Shown one piece after another: positions 1-13,371 of a DNA stretch of 64,000 nucleotides; positions within the stretch are counted from its first letter, which is position 1, and each line of letters opens with the position of its first letter. The notes beneath the pieces are model-generated. The model saw only the letters and a list, made by a program, of their open reading frames with translations, was not told where the DNA came from and ran no database searches. Source of the stretch: Tubiluchus corallicola (lineage: Eukaryota; Animalia; Priapulida). The DNA lies in the NCBI GenBank assembly GCA_030141605.1, contig JAQGDQ010002366.1, positions 504,660-568,659 of the forward strand. The letters run 5' to 3'. A program made the translations under genes and the position numbers.

Positions 1-3000
1 TGCCATCTAGGCCCATCGGTAGTTATCACACCTACACAAGAAGATTAAATAAAATACATGTTAACTGGTGAAATATAAAATACAATGCTTGGCTAGATTA
101 TCATCAACGACAAAACATTTTGATATAGTTTCCATTATGTGTGACTCCTTACCATAACTTAGCAAGACATAGTTTTCCAGAAGAAAGGGCAACTTTCTTT
201 CCTTGACATGTAAAGCTGGATAGGCCCACTAATTTCTGTTAATAATACGAAAAATTTACTTAACATTTGGGAGTTTTGGAAAATCTGCTTGAATTTTTTA
301 ATTTGGCAGTTGAAAGTAGCCTGAAACTGTTGATGTCACCTTCAGATGTAATTGGTTAAATGTTTCTTGTGTGCTGACTAAATATTTTGTATAGACAGCT
401 ATTGATAATTCAATTCATATGGTTTACCTTTTAGTTCTCCATCCTTATACCAACCAGTTTAACATCATATTTCAGATATACTAATCACCATGATAATTTT
501 GTTACATTATATCATATCGTTGCTTACTTACTTTATTCACTTATCTCCTAGGTCACATTAAAGTGCTTTACAGCCTTTACAGGGAATATTATTAGGACAT
601 TTTGTAATGCAAATTGAAATTATATGAGATTGAAGAACTTGAGCAATTACTATTCTCACCTCAGTTGCTCTACAAAGTGAACTTAACACATTACGAGTAA
701 TGCTTTAAGAGCAATTAAAGCAGTGGTACAAAGGTTCCAATAATAATAAAGCAAGAGGCCCAGTCGAGTTTTTTATCGTCTTGATGTTTATATTACGTAT
801 AAAAGAAAGAGAATTGTGCATTGTTCTGACCTGGATACTTTGAATATTCTGTATTGCATGAAATTTTGCAAATGTGGCAATCATTTGTGCGTAGCTAGTA
901 GAATTTCTGCAAAACGGAACGTCTGAGTTGCAGTACCAAAAGTTTTCAACTTCCAATTTTTTCCATGTAAGCAGTTCTTCTATAAATGATTCTTTCAAAA
1001 TATTAGGCAAACATCAATGCAAATAGCATTTATACCAGGGCATATTACCTGAAGCCTTTGAAAACGTGTTTCACGGCTAGATTTAAACGTCGATAAAATG
1101 ACATACACAGACTTTTATAATCATCTGCTAACTTGTTACAATTTTCACCAACAGATGTCCCCGCTATCCAATGCGCTATAGTCAACGACACAGCGTCAAA
1201 CACTCCTTCAGATGGATTATTTTAATACTTGACAATCAGGATACCATGCGTCATGGCAAAAATATTTAATTTTTTTAAAAATAATTACGTATTAGATGAT
1301 TTCCAATCTAAGCAAAATTTTAAAAACTATTGAATACGAACTATTTTAATCTGAATAAGAATGTGTTGAATCACCATTGATACAGTAAAAATGTTCACTA
1401 AACTATACTTTATAATATTTCGGAATATTTTAACAAGTTCCACTATACGAAACGTCCTTAGGATTGATGAGCACTTCAAAACACTGGTAATTTTAAAAAC
1501 TTGTGCCAAATTTAACACTTGAAACTAGATCATAATTGTCAACAAATTATCGATAAACTGCACGTTTGTTGACTATTAAAGAAATATAAAAATCACTTTC
1601 ATTGTAAGGCTTAGTAGTTTATCTAATAACCTATGTATAGTTTTGTAGACTGTTAAACTAGAACTCATAGAGAAAAACGACAAAACCTCTACATTTCATT
1701 AACTATGAAAATTACCCAGAATAAACATCTTAGGTTACAGGAACTAGTCTGACCAGATATAACTATTCCTTACACAGAATGAGATTATTTCATACTTCAT
1801 GCACAAAGAAAGGTTTACAGAAAGAAGCAGTTGAATACTTATTTTTTTGGATCCGAACAAAGTGCTGGATCCGCAGATTATTGATCATGTTGTTGGTGTT
1901 GTTGCCATTACATTTATCTTTGAAACGTATCACAGGGTAATGAGGCCAGTGAGACCACAGTTTTCATTGTGTATAAAGATACAATAGGAACAACCGCACA
2001 GACAGTGAAAAATTAAAACCGGTTCCTAGTAATTATTATTATTATTATTATTAGTCGTAGTCGTCGTCGTAGTAGTAGTAGTAGTAATGCACTATCTTTC
2101 TTGCAGGAAATCCACAGAAAAACCAATCTGGCAAATTGGAGCGATAATGAGACATATACCAGCGATAAGACCCAGATTCGAATCCCCGTCGGTCAATTTT
2201 TCCACTCCCCCAAATGTAGTCGACGATCGATAAAGACAGTAAACATTATCTAAGTGCCGGATCCAAACATATCAGTGCTTCAAATCTTGTTTAAGAAATT
2301 CGGGGGTAACCTTTATATACCGGGAACCTCTTTCTTGCAAGAAAAAAATTAATAAGCCGCCCATAAGTTCATTTCAGCAGCGTCAGAAAAGATGAAGGCA
2401 GCTTTACGCTGGATGCATAATCAACAAGCCGCCCAATAGACAAAGCAATTATAATTAAACATTTTCCTGATTACTGATCAGCGATCCTCGAATTATTGAA
2501 CTTATCTGAAAGACGAACTCTGTGATAAACTGAAGCGCAGAGCCTGGAGACCAAAGGTTTCAGTAATCCTAAGTTTTAACTGCAAGGAGAAACGTAGGTC
2601 ACATTGAAAACAAGATTATTGATTTCGTGAAGCCAGCCAAACAGTCGTGAAACAAGTTATTTTGAATGTACGCAAAATTACAGCAAATATCAGTTATTGC
2701 ATTAATTCTACCGTTAACTACAGGCAGATGCATGTTCTGTGAACACAACGCATAATGTAGGAAATGAATCACATTAAAAAACTAGGTTTGCAGACAAGTC
2801 TGACTATTACAGTGTATAATCCGCAGCGATAATTGCACAACTCGTTAAATATTATGACTTGCCAATTCTGCTCTGATTTATCATTTCACCAGTGAAATAT
2901 CATCAAATGTGACATACAAATTTGTACATGTTAATAAACTGCACATTATGTTGTTCATTACAAAAAGGCATGTTAGCTACTGGTCTGAAGGCACGTAAAG

Positions 3001-3446
3001 TTATTGGCCTAGTCCAGTTTGCCTGCACCCAAACAAGACAATCACTTACTCTGTACTGTATTTTTATCAGTTATTCTTTGCCTACCTCTGCCTTCATCAG
3101 ATAACAGGTCTATGAACAGCTCAGGTCTACCAGCAAATACATCTCCCTGTCTGACGAATGCTTCTCGTATGATATCAATTTCGTTTAAAACTACAACCAA
3201 TTTCCGTCCAATCCTAAGGCTATAAATACTACCATGCTTCTGTGCCAACTCCGTAAACACCACATGAGGTGTCCTCCACATCAGGGACAGATTGTGCACC
3301 AGGGGCCACCCAAATGGTCCTGGGGGTAGCCCCCTGGGCTGTTCCAATGCATACTTGAACAACAAGAACACTACAAGAGCCAATATCACCGTCTCATAAT
3401 TGTTAGCTAGAGTTACACAAGCAATGGATACTGCAACAAGTAACAT
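1..3446 (-). CDS. Cytochrome P450, CYP2 clan, 5' part (exon 1 3446-3086; exon 2 starts at 31 and runs off the window)
   Basis: Exon 1 encodes a hydrophobic anchor, the PPGP hinge (LPPGPFGWPLVHNL), then TELAQKHGSIYSLRIG..VVVLN..IREAFV..FAGRP. The phase-1 donor G|GTAGG at 3086/3085 joins the acceptor TGTGTAG|GT at 32/31, giving G-VITTDGPRW, the expected run-up to the C-helix WxxxR. Confidence 0.9.
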
Positions 3447-4547
3447 AAACTAAACAGTTTCTTTTCAGCTAATCCACACATGCACTTTATATTTCAATTT
3501 CCTTTTAGTAAATAGGCCTACAGTATCAGTCATTTGTGTTTCCACTGAAATCTTTACAACGTTATTGATCACTCAGTTCTTAAAAATCGCACAGTAATTT
3601 CGCATAAACTACTATCAATGCTAAATTGTACAAATTATGGACAATACGCTTCGCATAAATTCAGAAAAACTAGAATTAGTTATGTACACTACTTCAAACA
3701 CGCCGGTCGACCACCATGTACCGGCACAATCTAACTCACAGCACGGAAACTGTAGTGCCCACAAACTGTAATGCTGCCTCATGTAAAGAGCGCTGTAAGG
3801 GTTAGCCAGCAGCCGCTATACTAGGGGACATACGTATAATATCGATCAACTAAGCGTGCAGTATGGCCGATGCACGGAAATAGATTTCATGAGAAATCGA
3901 GAATGTCAAATGTTAGACCGTGCTAGTTCGGAAATCGCTGCTACTGAACTATCACGTGAAGCACTCGTGAAGCACTCCCCATCTAGGACAAAATATATTA
4001 GTCGATAAGCTGAATACATATAATAAGCCGGAAATGATAAAGTTATCATTGTTTGGTCTGTCTGCTTGCTTGTCCAGAGGAAGCTTCAAGCAACTTGATA
4101 GTCGGCATATATATATATATACCGACTACATTTTCGATACAAGCCAATAAGTGAAAGAATAAGTAAGACACCCCCCCCCCCCCGGTTGAACCCAGGATAA
4201 ACACTCATTGCAAGCAAAGAAAAGCTTGCTTCTGCTAACGCTTAAACTGAAAAAAGTGTGGTTTTCCATAGAAATGCATCATGCACATTGGTGGTGATTC
4301 AACTCATCCACTTAATCCTGTTTGCATCATGTAAATCTGTGTTGTCTATGTAGTTATCATCGTCAAATCTGAAAACACACTGCTACCTATTGTATGCTAA
4401 ATTTTAAAGAGCTTTTTTGTTTTGGTTAATTAAATAAAGTGTGTAAATGTACGAATTTTTTGTAAAAATCGCCCGAAAAAAGGCTAATGGGGTGATGGTT
4501 AAACAGTGAAGGGCCTGCAGTAGAATACATGTTAGTCTTGAATAGGA

Positions 4548-6163
4548 TGTGGTTATATTTTCATAGAAATTATTTTCTGGTAGAGAATATGTTATGAATA
4601 AATTTCGGAATCATGAATTAAGTGATTAATTAATGAGGTCATCAACTACATTAGATTATGTTGATAAAGCAGATACCTCCTAATTGGATTAGATAAATTT
4701 ATTGAAAGATTATGGGAACTCACTTAGCTGTTTGAGGCACTATGTTTAATGAGAAGCAAAATTATCGTCACAGAGTTGTTTGTGTTTACAAGGAATAGAA
4801 CAGGTGTTCATTTAGAAAGTAAGAGTTTGTCACGGGTGTTCATTTAAGAAAGCGTAGGAGTTGCAGGTGTTTAGTTTAGGTGAAGCGAAGCTTATTTTTA
4901 TAACTTTGCGTGGTTAGATAATAAGCCTCATGTAATGTTATGTAGAATTGCCAACTATAATTAAGAAGAAGCGGAGAGTGGTTTTTCCTTGAAAGAGAGT
5001 TTTATAGCCCAAGTGACGCAGGGAACAATCCTCTAGGGTTGATGATGTGAAGGACGGAGAAGTCGAATAGCGGTGTTTTCTCATGTAAGAAGCTACGTTA
5101 TCAGCCATCTGGATGGTCATAAACCACCAAGCCAAGGATGTAACCTTTGAACTATTGCAATGTATTACAGCGTTGCCGCGAAATTTGTGAAAGCTATTGT
5201 GACACATTGCAGTGTTCGCACGAAAGGTTATGAAATCTCCGTTTGGATATATAAGACGATGTCTTGAGGAACAGAGGAGGCTGTGAGTTAGTCAGAAGTG
5301 AGTGGTTGAGAGTGAACCACGTGCCGTCCAGAGAGAGAGGCTACTGGAATTCTGACGGAAGCAAAGACACGTAAGACCAACGTGGACATCAAATCTGCGT
5401 ACTCAACTATTTGAGCACTGGATCTACGATTAGTCTTGCATCGGAAATGGATTTGACCAATTGAACAGTTGTCACATTGGTCATTCCACCAAGTTAAGTG
5501 ATCTTAACATATCGTAACTTGAGAGCAACTCTGCATAGTAGAAATTCACAGTGTAATAGACACCTTAAGTGTAACGTTTAGTTGATTGTAATTGCATACT
5601 TCACATTGTAATTAGCACCTTAAGTGCGAAGCAAGGAAATAGTTAAGTGAATCTGATTAGTGTCTCTTGGAGCTAACTATTATTTGTGAGCGTCGATTGG
5701 CGATTAAGATCAAACATTGTAATATTAGTTGACTAAGAGTAATTGTTGTCAAACAATAAATGATTTCACTTTAACTTAAAAGACTAGTTTATGTATGCTT
5801 ATAGGTGTTTCAGTTAAGCAACCTTAAATTCGGTAAACGATTCTGAAGATTCGCTGTGTACATAACATTAATTTAGTTAACAAGTTCAATTGCGGGAACT
5901 TAGCTAGTAAGCTTTAGCTTAAGACTCTAATCACAATGCGGAGTCGTAGAAATAGTCTTGTGGGACAAGATCATAGCCCTATTGACTAATCTTAAGCTCT
6001 AGGAGCCAGGTTATAATTAACCTTATAGCAATTAATGTAATAGAAGCGAATCACTCTTTAAATAAGTCGTGTGTTTCTTCAGGTCACGTGTTATACGATC
6101 ACGAGAGAGATAATAATCAACATTTATCAGAGAGATTAATCATATAAGATAACGGGTACAATA
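4548..6163 (+). mobile_element. Putative solo LTR (about 1.6 kb, possibly BEL/Pao-like)
   Basis: Starts TGTGG and ends TACAATA (CA>TA change inferred). Flanked by the direct repeat ATAGGA at 4542-4547 and 6164-6169. Internal TATATAA at 5248-5254 and AATAAA at 5755-5760. No gag/pol ORF. Confidence 0.55.
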
Positions 6164-6961
6164 ATAGGACTAATTGAAGAAGAACATGATAAATATTCCC
6201 AGATAGAAGCGCAGCAGAAAAAACTAGATTCTGTAAACAATCGCTCTGGAGCGTTCGTAAGACTATTGGATACAACAGAAAAAAACAAGTACTACATACA
6301 AACTGTCGGCGGTTAGGAACCAGTGATGAGCAACCCTAGAAGCACCTAGTAGAAGTAGCAATAAACAGGCTTGCATAATTAGCGTAACAATTGACCTTCG
6401 ATTGCAGAGTTCATTCCAAATGAGACCCAACCAAACTTGCTGGCACCACAGAGCCCAGATATGATTGCAGTAGTCTATAAAGTTATAAAAGAAATTAATT
6501 TTGGGCATTATGCTGTACTATTTTGATACGGTAATGACAATTACAGTGATTTTTTATCAAGCAATTAAACTAGCAGTTTACTTTGTTAAACTTTATTTAA
6601 AAACGTAAGGTTTATTAAAACATGTTGACTTTAAGATGATCTCTTAGGAATAAAGAATTAAAAAGGTTGTGTACTATAGTATGTTACACTGACCGTAATA
6701 TTACATTATTTCACTGACGTAATGCATGCATAAAAATCCGAGTAACTGGCTTGTCTCAACTGGAATAACATCGTTAAAAAATTCCATGGTGGTGACATTC
6801 ATAATTATGCAAGCGAGTACTTAGTGATTTACTAATTGCACATTACAGATCATGCGATTAATACTATGTAAGACAACCCATAACGATGTAATAAAATATC
6901 ATAATTTATGTCGGCGTTATTATATAACTACTATAATCTTACATAACCGTTACACAACTAA

Positions 6962-9439
6962 TTAGTAATATTTCTTATAATTGGCAGCCTCGAGAGAATC
7001 ACGTGGTAACAGCTTACCAGGTGAATGCATTAAATCAACAACATAAACGTCAGACTTTATACCCATCACATTATCACATAATTTGCTACCAACCAACATG
7101 ACTTCATTCCAAGCCCTATTATATTTACCACGAGTAAGTGAGCAGGGTAGATCCACAAAATCAGCAAGAACCTTAAACAAAAGAGCACGATGAAAAAAGG
7201 TACCACACCGTATCATACCAAGCGGAACTATGTTTGAGTCTAATTTCCTTTTTAGTTGCATCAGCGGTAGTTCAAAACCAATCTCACCCACCTTTTCGGG
7301 CAGCACAACTCCGCCTAACTTATCGCTAACGAATTTTGCAATATACTCAACTTGCTCTCTTGGTTTAGAATATTTAATTCTTGCTATATCTTCAAGATAC
7401 TCAGCTAGATCAGGATCTTTAACAGTCTGTTGCTCTATCTCTTCTGCACTGTCAGTTGATTCATGCACATGCAGGTCTTTAGCAGATTGCCCTTTGTTAC
7501 GAGATAAACCATGACTACGCCGTTTTTTATGACGCACTTCATGTTCGCCTGCAAGCATGTTTGGATGAACTGAGCTGGGAACATCAGAAAAGTCGTCTCC
7601 CTGCAACTCCATGTCTACCAAAATGACGGGTCGACGGTCGTTTATGTTTTCACTGGTAAGGTGTTCCAAACTTGGTATGGTCTTCTCAGGCGGTAATGCC
7701 CCACAGTCATAAAAACCAGGTTGTATTATGTCAGTAGCGCTAAGTGAACCCGTTTTGCAATACTTCGCAGATAAGTTGTGATTTAACAAAGTATTGTAAG
7801 CCGTTTGTGCAAAACCATCATTTCTTGAGGCTAACGAACAGAAATCTTGCAATATTTCCAATGTCCCACGTTCCACAAAATCCACAGCAATGTTACCATC
7901 AGCAGCAGCCAGTGAAATTGCCCAACAGGCGTTTTGACGTACTTCACTATCTGCTGACTGTAATAATTGCAGGAGCACTTCTACACCATTGCTGTCTCTG
8001 AATTGACATCTTGACTCCACATCAGTTAGAAGTGATCCTAACAGAGCCACTGCAGAATTCTCTACTTTACTATTCCCACAAGTTATCTGTTCAAGTGCAA
8101 GAGCCACTAATCCTTCATGTATGATATACTCTCTAACACGCTCTTCAAGAGTCAAATTAAGTAACACAGTCAAGGAATTATTCACAGTTTGCTGGTTTTC
8201 ATCCTTAACCAAATCAATAAGTGTGACCACACCTCCAAGCTCATTCACTTTACCAATGATTGTTCGCTCATTTAAAGTGAGGTTTGCTAATGCATGAGTA
8301 ACAAACTGACGGACACAAGAGTCTGGGCTTCTGAGCAATTTAACGAATATTTCTGTTCCTGAATGTTCACAGATGAGTTCTCTGCTCTCTCTGGACCCTG
8401 ACATGATTGCTAGGGCCTCGGCAACAGCTGGCTGTATGGCAACACCCCCATCGGTTAACAAGGCCAACAGTTTAACTTCAAACTCTTTTGAATGACAAAT
8501 CATTTTGGTGGTTTCATTTCTCATTGCCCTTGCTATTACTAGCATTGCCTTCACTTTGACGTCAGGATTTACATTACCATTGGGTACTACTAAATCGAGT
8601 ATAGTAAATACCTTACCACTAACAACTAATTCATGCAGACATTCTGAAGACAATAGAAAATTTGCCAACACCTGAGCTACATCAGTATGCAACATGTTGT
8701 ATTCCTTCATCTTAATCATCTTAATAAGGTGGTCCATACCATTATGTTGTTTCATCTGTAAACGAAGTTCTTCATCTTCCATGCACTTATTTAGACAAGC
8801 AAGTGCAGCTCGTTGTATTGCCAGAAATTCAGACTCACTCTGTATTAACAATGGACGAATAATGTTTAGTCCCCTGACAATTTCTTTTGCTTCATAATCT
8901 TCAAGAATGCACTTAAGGATCTCAATGGAGTTATTTTGGACGTCTGGATCATTGGCACCTAGCAAGGAAATGCAGCGCTTCATGAAGTCTTCTTGTGCCA
9001 ACTGGTCTTTGCTGTTGTGATCCATAGCCATCACGCATAAACAACTGGATGCCAGTTCATGTATTACAGGATCATTTTCATCGAGGAGAGAGTAGAAAGA
9101 AGAAAGGTAATCAACACTCCGTAAAGCAGTGCGAGCAACAAACGATGTTAGAAGTTCACGTAAAAGGGCGCCAGAATTTCTCTTCACCACCTTTTCAGTG
9201 TGCGACAGTAGCGGCACCACGTGTTTCATTATTCCCAGTTGAATTAAAATATTTACATTGACTTCAGATTTCTCAGCGTATTTTAACAAGCCTAGTGAAG
9301 CTCTGAGTATTGGTTCAGTCTCTTTACTTTGCAACAGCAGAATAGCTGTCTCTGCACTCTTTCCCTCCACAATTAGTGGCTCAGGTAAATCGTAACAGAC
9401 GGGTTTTTCGGCTGTCCCCTTCCTTTGTGTCCTGGTCAT
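6962..9439 (-). CDS. ARMC3: Armadillo repeat-containing protein 3, single exon, 825 aa from the first ATG
   Basis: Uninterrupted ORF. The N-terminus PLIVEGKSAETAILLLQS and the armadillo repeats (VIHELASSCL, DPDVQNNSIE, VRQNACWAI) resemble ARMC3. The C-terminus is EDR1-like (SNIVPLGMIRCGTFFHRALLFKVLAD..PCSLTRGKYNRAWNEV..YVVDLMHSPG). The ORF track starts at TTG 9487; the first ATG is at 9439. Confidence 0.92.
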   Translation of the reverse strand: MTRTQRKGTAEKPVCYDLPEPLIVEGKSAETAILLLQSKETEPILRASLGLLKYAEKSEVNVNILIQLGIMKHVVPLLSHTEKVVKRNSGALLRELLTSFVARTALRSVDYLSSFYSLLDENDPVIHELASSCLCVMAMDHNSKDQLAQEDFMKRCISLLGANDPDVQNNSIEILKCILEDYEAKEIVRGLNIIRPLLIQSESEFLAIQRAALACLNKCMEDEELRLQMKQHNGMDHLIKMIKMKEYNMLHTDVAQVLANFLLSSECLHELVVSGKVFTILDLVVPNGNVNPDVKVKAMLVIARAMRNETTKMICHSKEFEVKLLALLTDGGVAIQPAVAEALAIMSGSRESRELICEHSGTEIFVKLLRSPDSCVRQFVTHALANLTLNERTIIGKVNELGGVVTLIDLVKDENQQTVNNSLTVLLNLTLEERVREYIIHEGLVALALEQITCGNSKVENSAVALLGSLLTDVESRCQFRDSNGVEVLLQLLQSADSEVRQNACWAISLAAADGNIAVDFVERGTLEILQDFCSLASRNDGFAQTAYNTLLNHNLSAKYCKTGSLSATDIIQPGFYDCGALPPEKTIPSLEHLTSENINDRRPVILVDMELQGDDFSDVPSSVHPNMLAGEHEVRHKKRRSHGLSRNKGQSAKDLHVHESTDSAEEIEQQTVKDPDLAEYLEDIARIKYSKPREQVEYIAKFVSDKLGGVVLPEKVGEIGFELPLMQLKRKLDSNIVPLGMIRCGTFFHRALLFKVLADFVDLPCSLTRGKYNRAWNEVMLVGSKLCDNVMGIKSDVYVVDLMHSPGKLLPRDSLEAANYKKYY

Positions 9440-9555
9440 CTTGTTTCTACGCAAAGTTTTACTTAAACGCCATAGAAAATTCAACACGCTGTTAGTTCTA
9501 AAATTAGCTGGATTTGTTCGTTCGATGCATTGCGCTATACGCCTTTGTGTTTACC

Positions 9556-9569
9556 GTTACTACAGCAAC
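9556..9569. promoter_or_regulatory. RFX X-box upstream of ARMC3
   Basis: GTTACTACAGCAAC fits the GTTRYY(N1-3)RGYAAC X-box consensus and lies 117 bp upstream of the ARMC3 ATG. X-boxes are typical of ciliary gene promoters. Confidence 0.6.
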
Positions 9570-11103
9570 CACAACAAGAATATGTCGTAACGTCCTGCAG
9601 AGATTTAATCAAAATCAACTGTATTTGTTTGAAGGAAAGAACAAGAGCTTAGCATGTTGGCTTGTCATTTAAATTTAGAAAAAACATAACGCAGAAATTT
9701 GCAAAAAACTGTCCATAAAGCATAAAGTTATTTTTGTACTACTGCTGTATAAAATTTTTAGGCGCGATGGTAATCACCATTCACTTGAAAATTATGACGT
9801 AACTGGTGGACTTCGTGACTTTCCGTAAGCGCTTAGTGGTTTTCAGTAAACTAATTCAAACTCTGCAGCCGATTGACGACGTCATTGGTGGATGAATGGG
9901 CGTTTAAAATGGGATCGCTCAAGCGTGAAATGATCACGACTTTAAAATCATCTTACTAACTATACGAAGCGCTTATCACACTTTTATTACTAAATGTTAC
10001 TAACACTTATCGCGAACACTAAAATAAGTCTAACTTCCTAGAAGGCTTGACTAATTTTTTCTAAACATTCAGAAAAATACATTTCAGATTTTCAAATTTA
10101 TTCGTAATGTCACGTAAGATTGCCTCCTAGACCACCTATAGTGTAATCATAACACCATTATATCAGGCAAATAATGCAATTAGAAGTCGAAATAATAGGT
10201 ATTTTAACTTTACACTGGGGAAAATATTAATGAAATTACTAATCCTCTTTACTTTCATTACACACTGCACTGCGATTGTTTAATACATATATCAAATTTC
10301 TACTCATAATAACCTATATGTGCAGTCAAAATAAGGTAGTAAGGCATGTGAGAAAGCAATTTTAGGAAACTTGATTCTATTACAACATGTTAAAGAGTTG
10401 TTTTGCTTGTCTACTCACATATCAAATACTATAATTAATCTGTACTTTGTATAGATCTTGAAGAAATGTTTGGAATGTCCACCAATCGTCATATTGTTAT
10501 TCGTTACTGCATGTATTCCACCACAAATTTATGCATTAATGTAATATACACATCATTGAGACATAAAATAGTAGGTGTTTCGCCGCCCGTATTATATAAA
10601 AATAATTGTACTGTGTTCAGAAACTGAATAAGATATGTAAGTGTGCATTAAAGTTTGATTGGTGTTCGAGTTACAGATATTTTTAAGCAGCCGAATGTTC
10701 GCATTCACCTTATTATTAAAATTGCTTAGGAATTAATGAGACTATTCATGCGTACACTGCATACCCAGCGGTCTAACGGCGAATCTCTAATTTCCCAATC
10801 ATCCCTACAGCGCTCAACGCATGCTTATGCCAGGTGTATGCAGGTACATGCAACTTCAGCGATTATAGGGGTGTGTTAGATCAAAGCTAGGAAAGTCTAA
10901 TGAATAATCATTACCGCAGTACCAACTTGCTTGCCTTTTCTATACGAGATATAATTTGTAAATGAAAGTAAAACGATGTAATACCTTAAACTAAATGTGA
11001 ACGTAATATTTACCAAGTTTTGCAAAATACCTCCCCTCACAAACCTATTCTTTTTCTACCAATCAGCCAGCCCATGGGTGTCGCTTTAAACAGGTATTTA
11101 AAC

Positions 11104-13321
11104 ATGGAGGACGTGTTTGTCGTTTTCGTTCTTTTTTCTTTAATACTGCACTTAGGTAAGCATGAGCATCACTATTGAATGGCAGACCAATTAATACCAA
11201 AGCCTGTGTGGAAAATCAAAATTCATTAGTTATGTTTCATTATTCATTTTGTCAGCCCTTACAAGGTATTACTGATATAGGCATGATTTGAATCGATCTA
11301 TCGTAGACATAATTATGTAAACCTGAGATGAAAAGTTTTCAACACAAATTTATAGTCGTAAGTATGTTATAATTCAGGGCAATGAAATGGCTTACACGTA
11401 GAACCAAAACGATTCAGTAATGTGGGAGTACGTAAGCGTAGTGCAAGTCATTATAGGCTATTTAGTAGATTTCTTCCAATTCTGTAGATTATCGTACTGA
11501 AACATGCCAGTATAGTTCAATTGCCCACCAATTTTTTGTCATGACAAATTTAATTAGGTTCTACAATATGGAAAAGCATTGAAGCTTTTGGTTCAAGAAA
11601 CGGAGAACTACCAAAACTATAAGTTCTTCCTTGATGAAAGTGATAATATTGTGTGCGTTTAGTGCACGTGGTGTGACAAAAGTGCATTTTGGTGAATTTA
11701 AGTGATACAATGTCTTTTTTTTAAAAATAAGTCTGTGTCATTTGTGGAGTGGCATTTAATAAATTAAAACAGTTTAGTATTTAGCACTGAAAGTGTATTT
11801 AACTTGTATATCACAAGCATGGGCATGTGACAGAAAGATTTTAAACACTCTAACTGTTGTGTTGTTATACAGGTAATGCTATACGATGTTATTCTTGCAC
11901 AATTCCACCATACCCAGGAGCAGATTTGCACACAAACCGGAGAGATATTTGTCCTGATATAAGATGTCCTGGCAATGATGAGGAACAAGTCTGTGTTAAA
12001 GTTCTTGATCGCAGGGGAAGTATGTTGGCAAAATACATAACAAAGTTGTTAATTATAGACAACATGATGTTGAAATCAAATTACCACATTCCACTATTTT
12101 TTCCACTTCAATTTAATCAGTGAAATTGTTTATAAACTAATTAACAAGCAGACTCAGCATGTTAATTTTATTTTTAGCATTTAATAACTACTTGTAACTT
12201 ACTAAATACCTCTTACTTAGGTTTGTAGCTCATTTTATGTCACCAGGGCCTGTTTCAGCCTAAGCGACGCCTGGGGAAGTGGAGCGTGTGAGGCCCCTTT
12301 CGCCACCATGGTTGGTGCCCAGAAAATGTTTGAACTGCTAGAATGCTGGAGAAGCATTTTCGAAGAGAAAATATCGAGTTATACAGTTGTTAAAGGAAAG
12401 GACAATTGAAAGAAAAACTGCTTTCTTCTCAAGACCAGTCCTTAATACTTGTTAAATAGTCAAATCAAAAACAACATCTTTGCAATATGTAATACCATAC
12501 TCTCACTTCCATATAAGCCGGTATTAGAAATTCCGAAATTGAAAACAGCTGAACATCGGTACCGAGCCACACAAGGGAAACGGCGCGCATGCGGCAAGAG
12601 AGGGAGAGAGCAGGCAGTATGTTCGCATAAAGCAAAAAAATGTTATCTCAGCGCGAGGCCCCCCTGGAGGGTGAGGCCCCAGGGAAGTATCCCCACTTCC
12701 CCCCCCCCCTCTGAAACAGGGCCTGTATGTCACTGATGTATGTATTGTTTATCAGGTGAAGAAATAATAACAAGAGCCTGCTTGTGGGATTTGAGATCAA
12801 GCAATTATGCAAACCTTCTTCCTGGCGATGTATTCACAGGTTGCAGGAAGCCAGCAGATGATGTTGAACTTTCTCGTCCTGATTACTACATTGAAAGGTA
12901 AGTAATTACAAAGCACAACTATGTAACCACTTTATTTTCTCATGCATAGATCATGTATGGCCTATTCACAGCATGTAATTTTTTGTTAGGGTGAAAATGG
13001 AAACGTTGCAAAAACATTGTTGGCCCTTTGCTAACTCTCTAGTGAAGCATTAATAATCAATGACATTGTCAATCTTAATGCTAATAAAAAGCAAAAGCTT
13101 TCCTAGGTAAACAGTAAACAGCTCTTGTAAAAATCTTTTCTATGACGATGTGTGTAATGAAAAGAATAGTAATTGCCAGATGACATACCAGTTTTATCTT
13201 AGTTTTTAGACCACTGTCCTGCTTTCCCCTTTTTTTCCAAGTAATCCCGCGTTTTATACTGGTTAATTAAAACGCCTTCACAAGTAGTGCAGGGAAAATG
13301 AACAGAAAATAGTTTTGACAT

Positions 13322-13371
<50 letters not shown>

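Noticed and set aside
153-235. Possible extra CYP exon flanked by CAG and GTAAG
   Set aside because: It has a stop in the required phase, and exon 1 joins position 31 cleanly.
705-1518. Minus-strand ORFs in CYP intron 1
   Set aside because: No recognisable motifs; at most a heavily decayed TE.
7230-9261. Plus-strand ORFs overlapping ARMC3
   Set aside because: These are antisense shadows of the coding strand.
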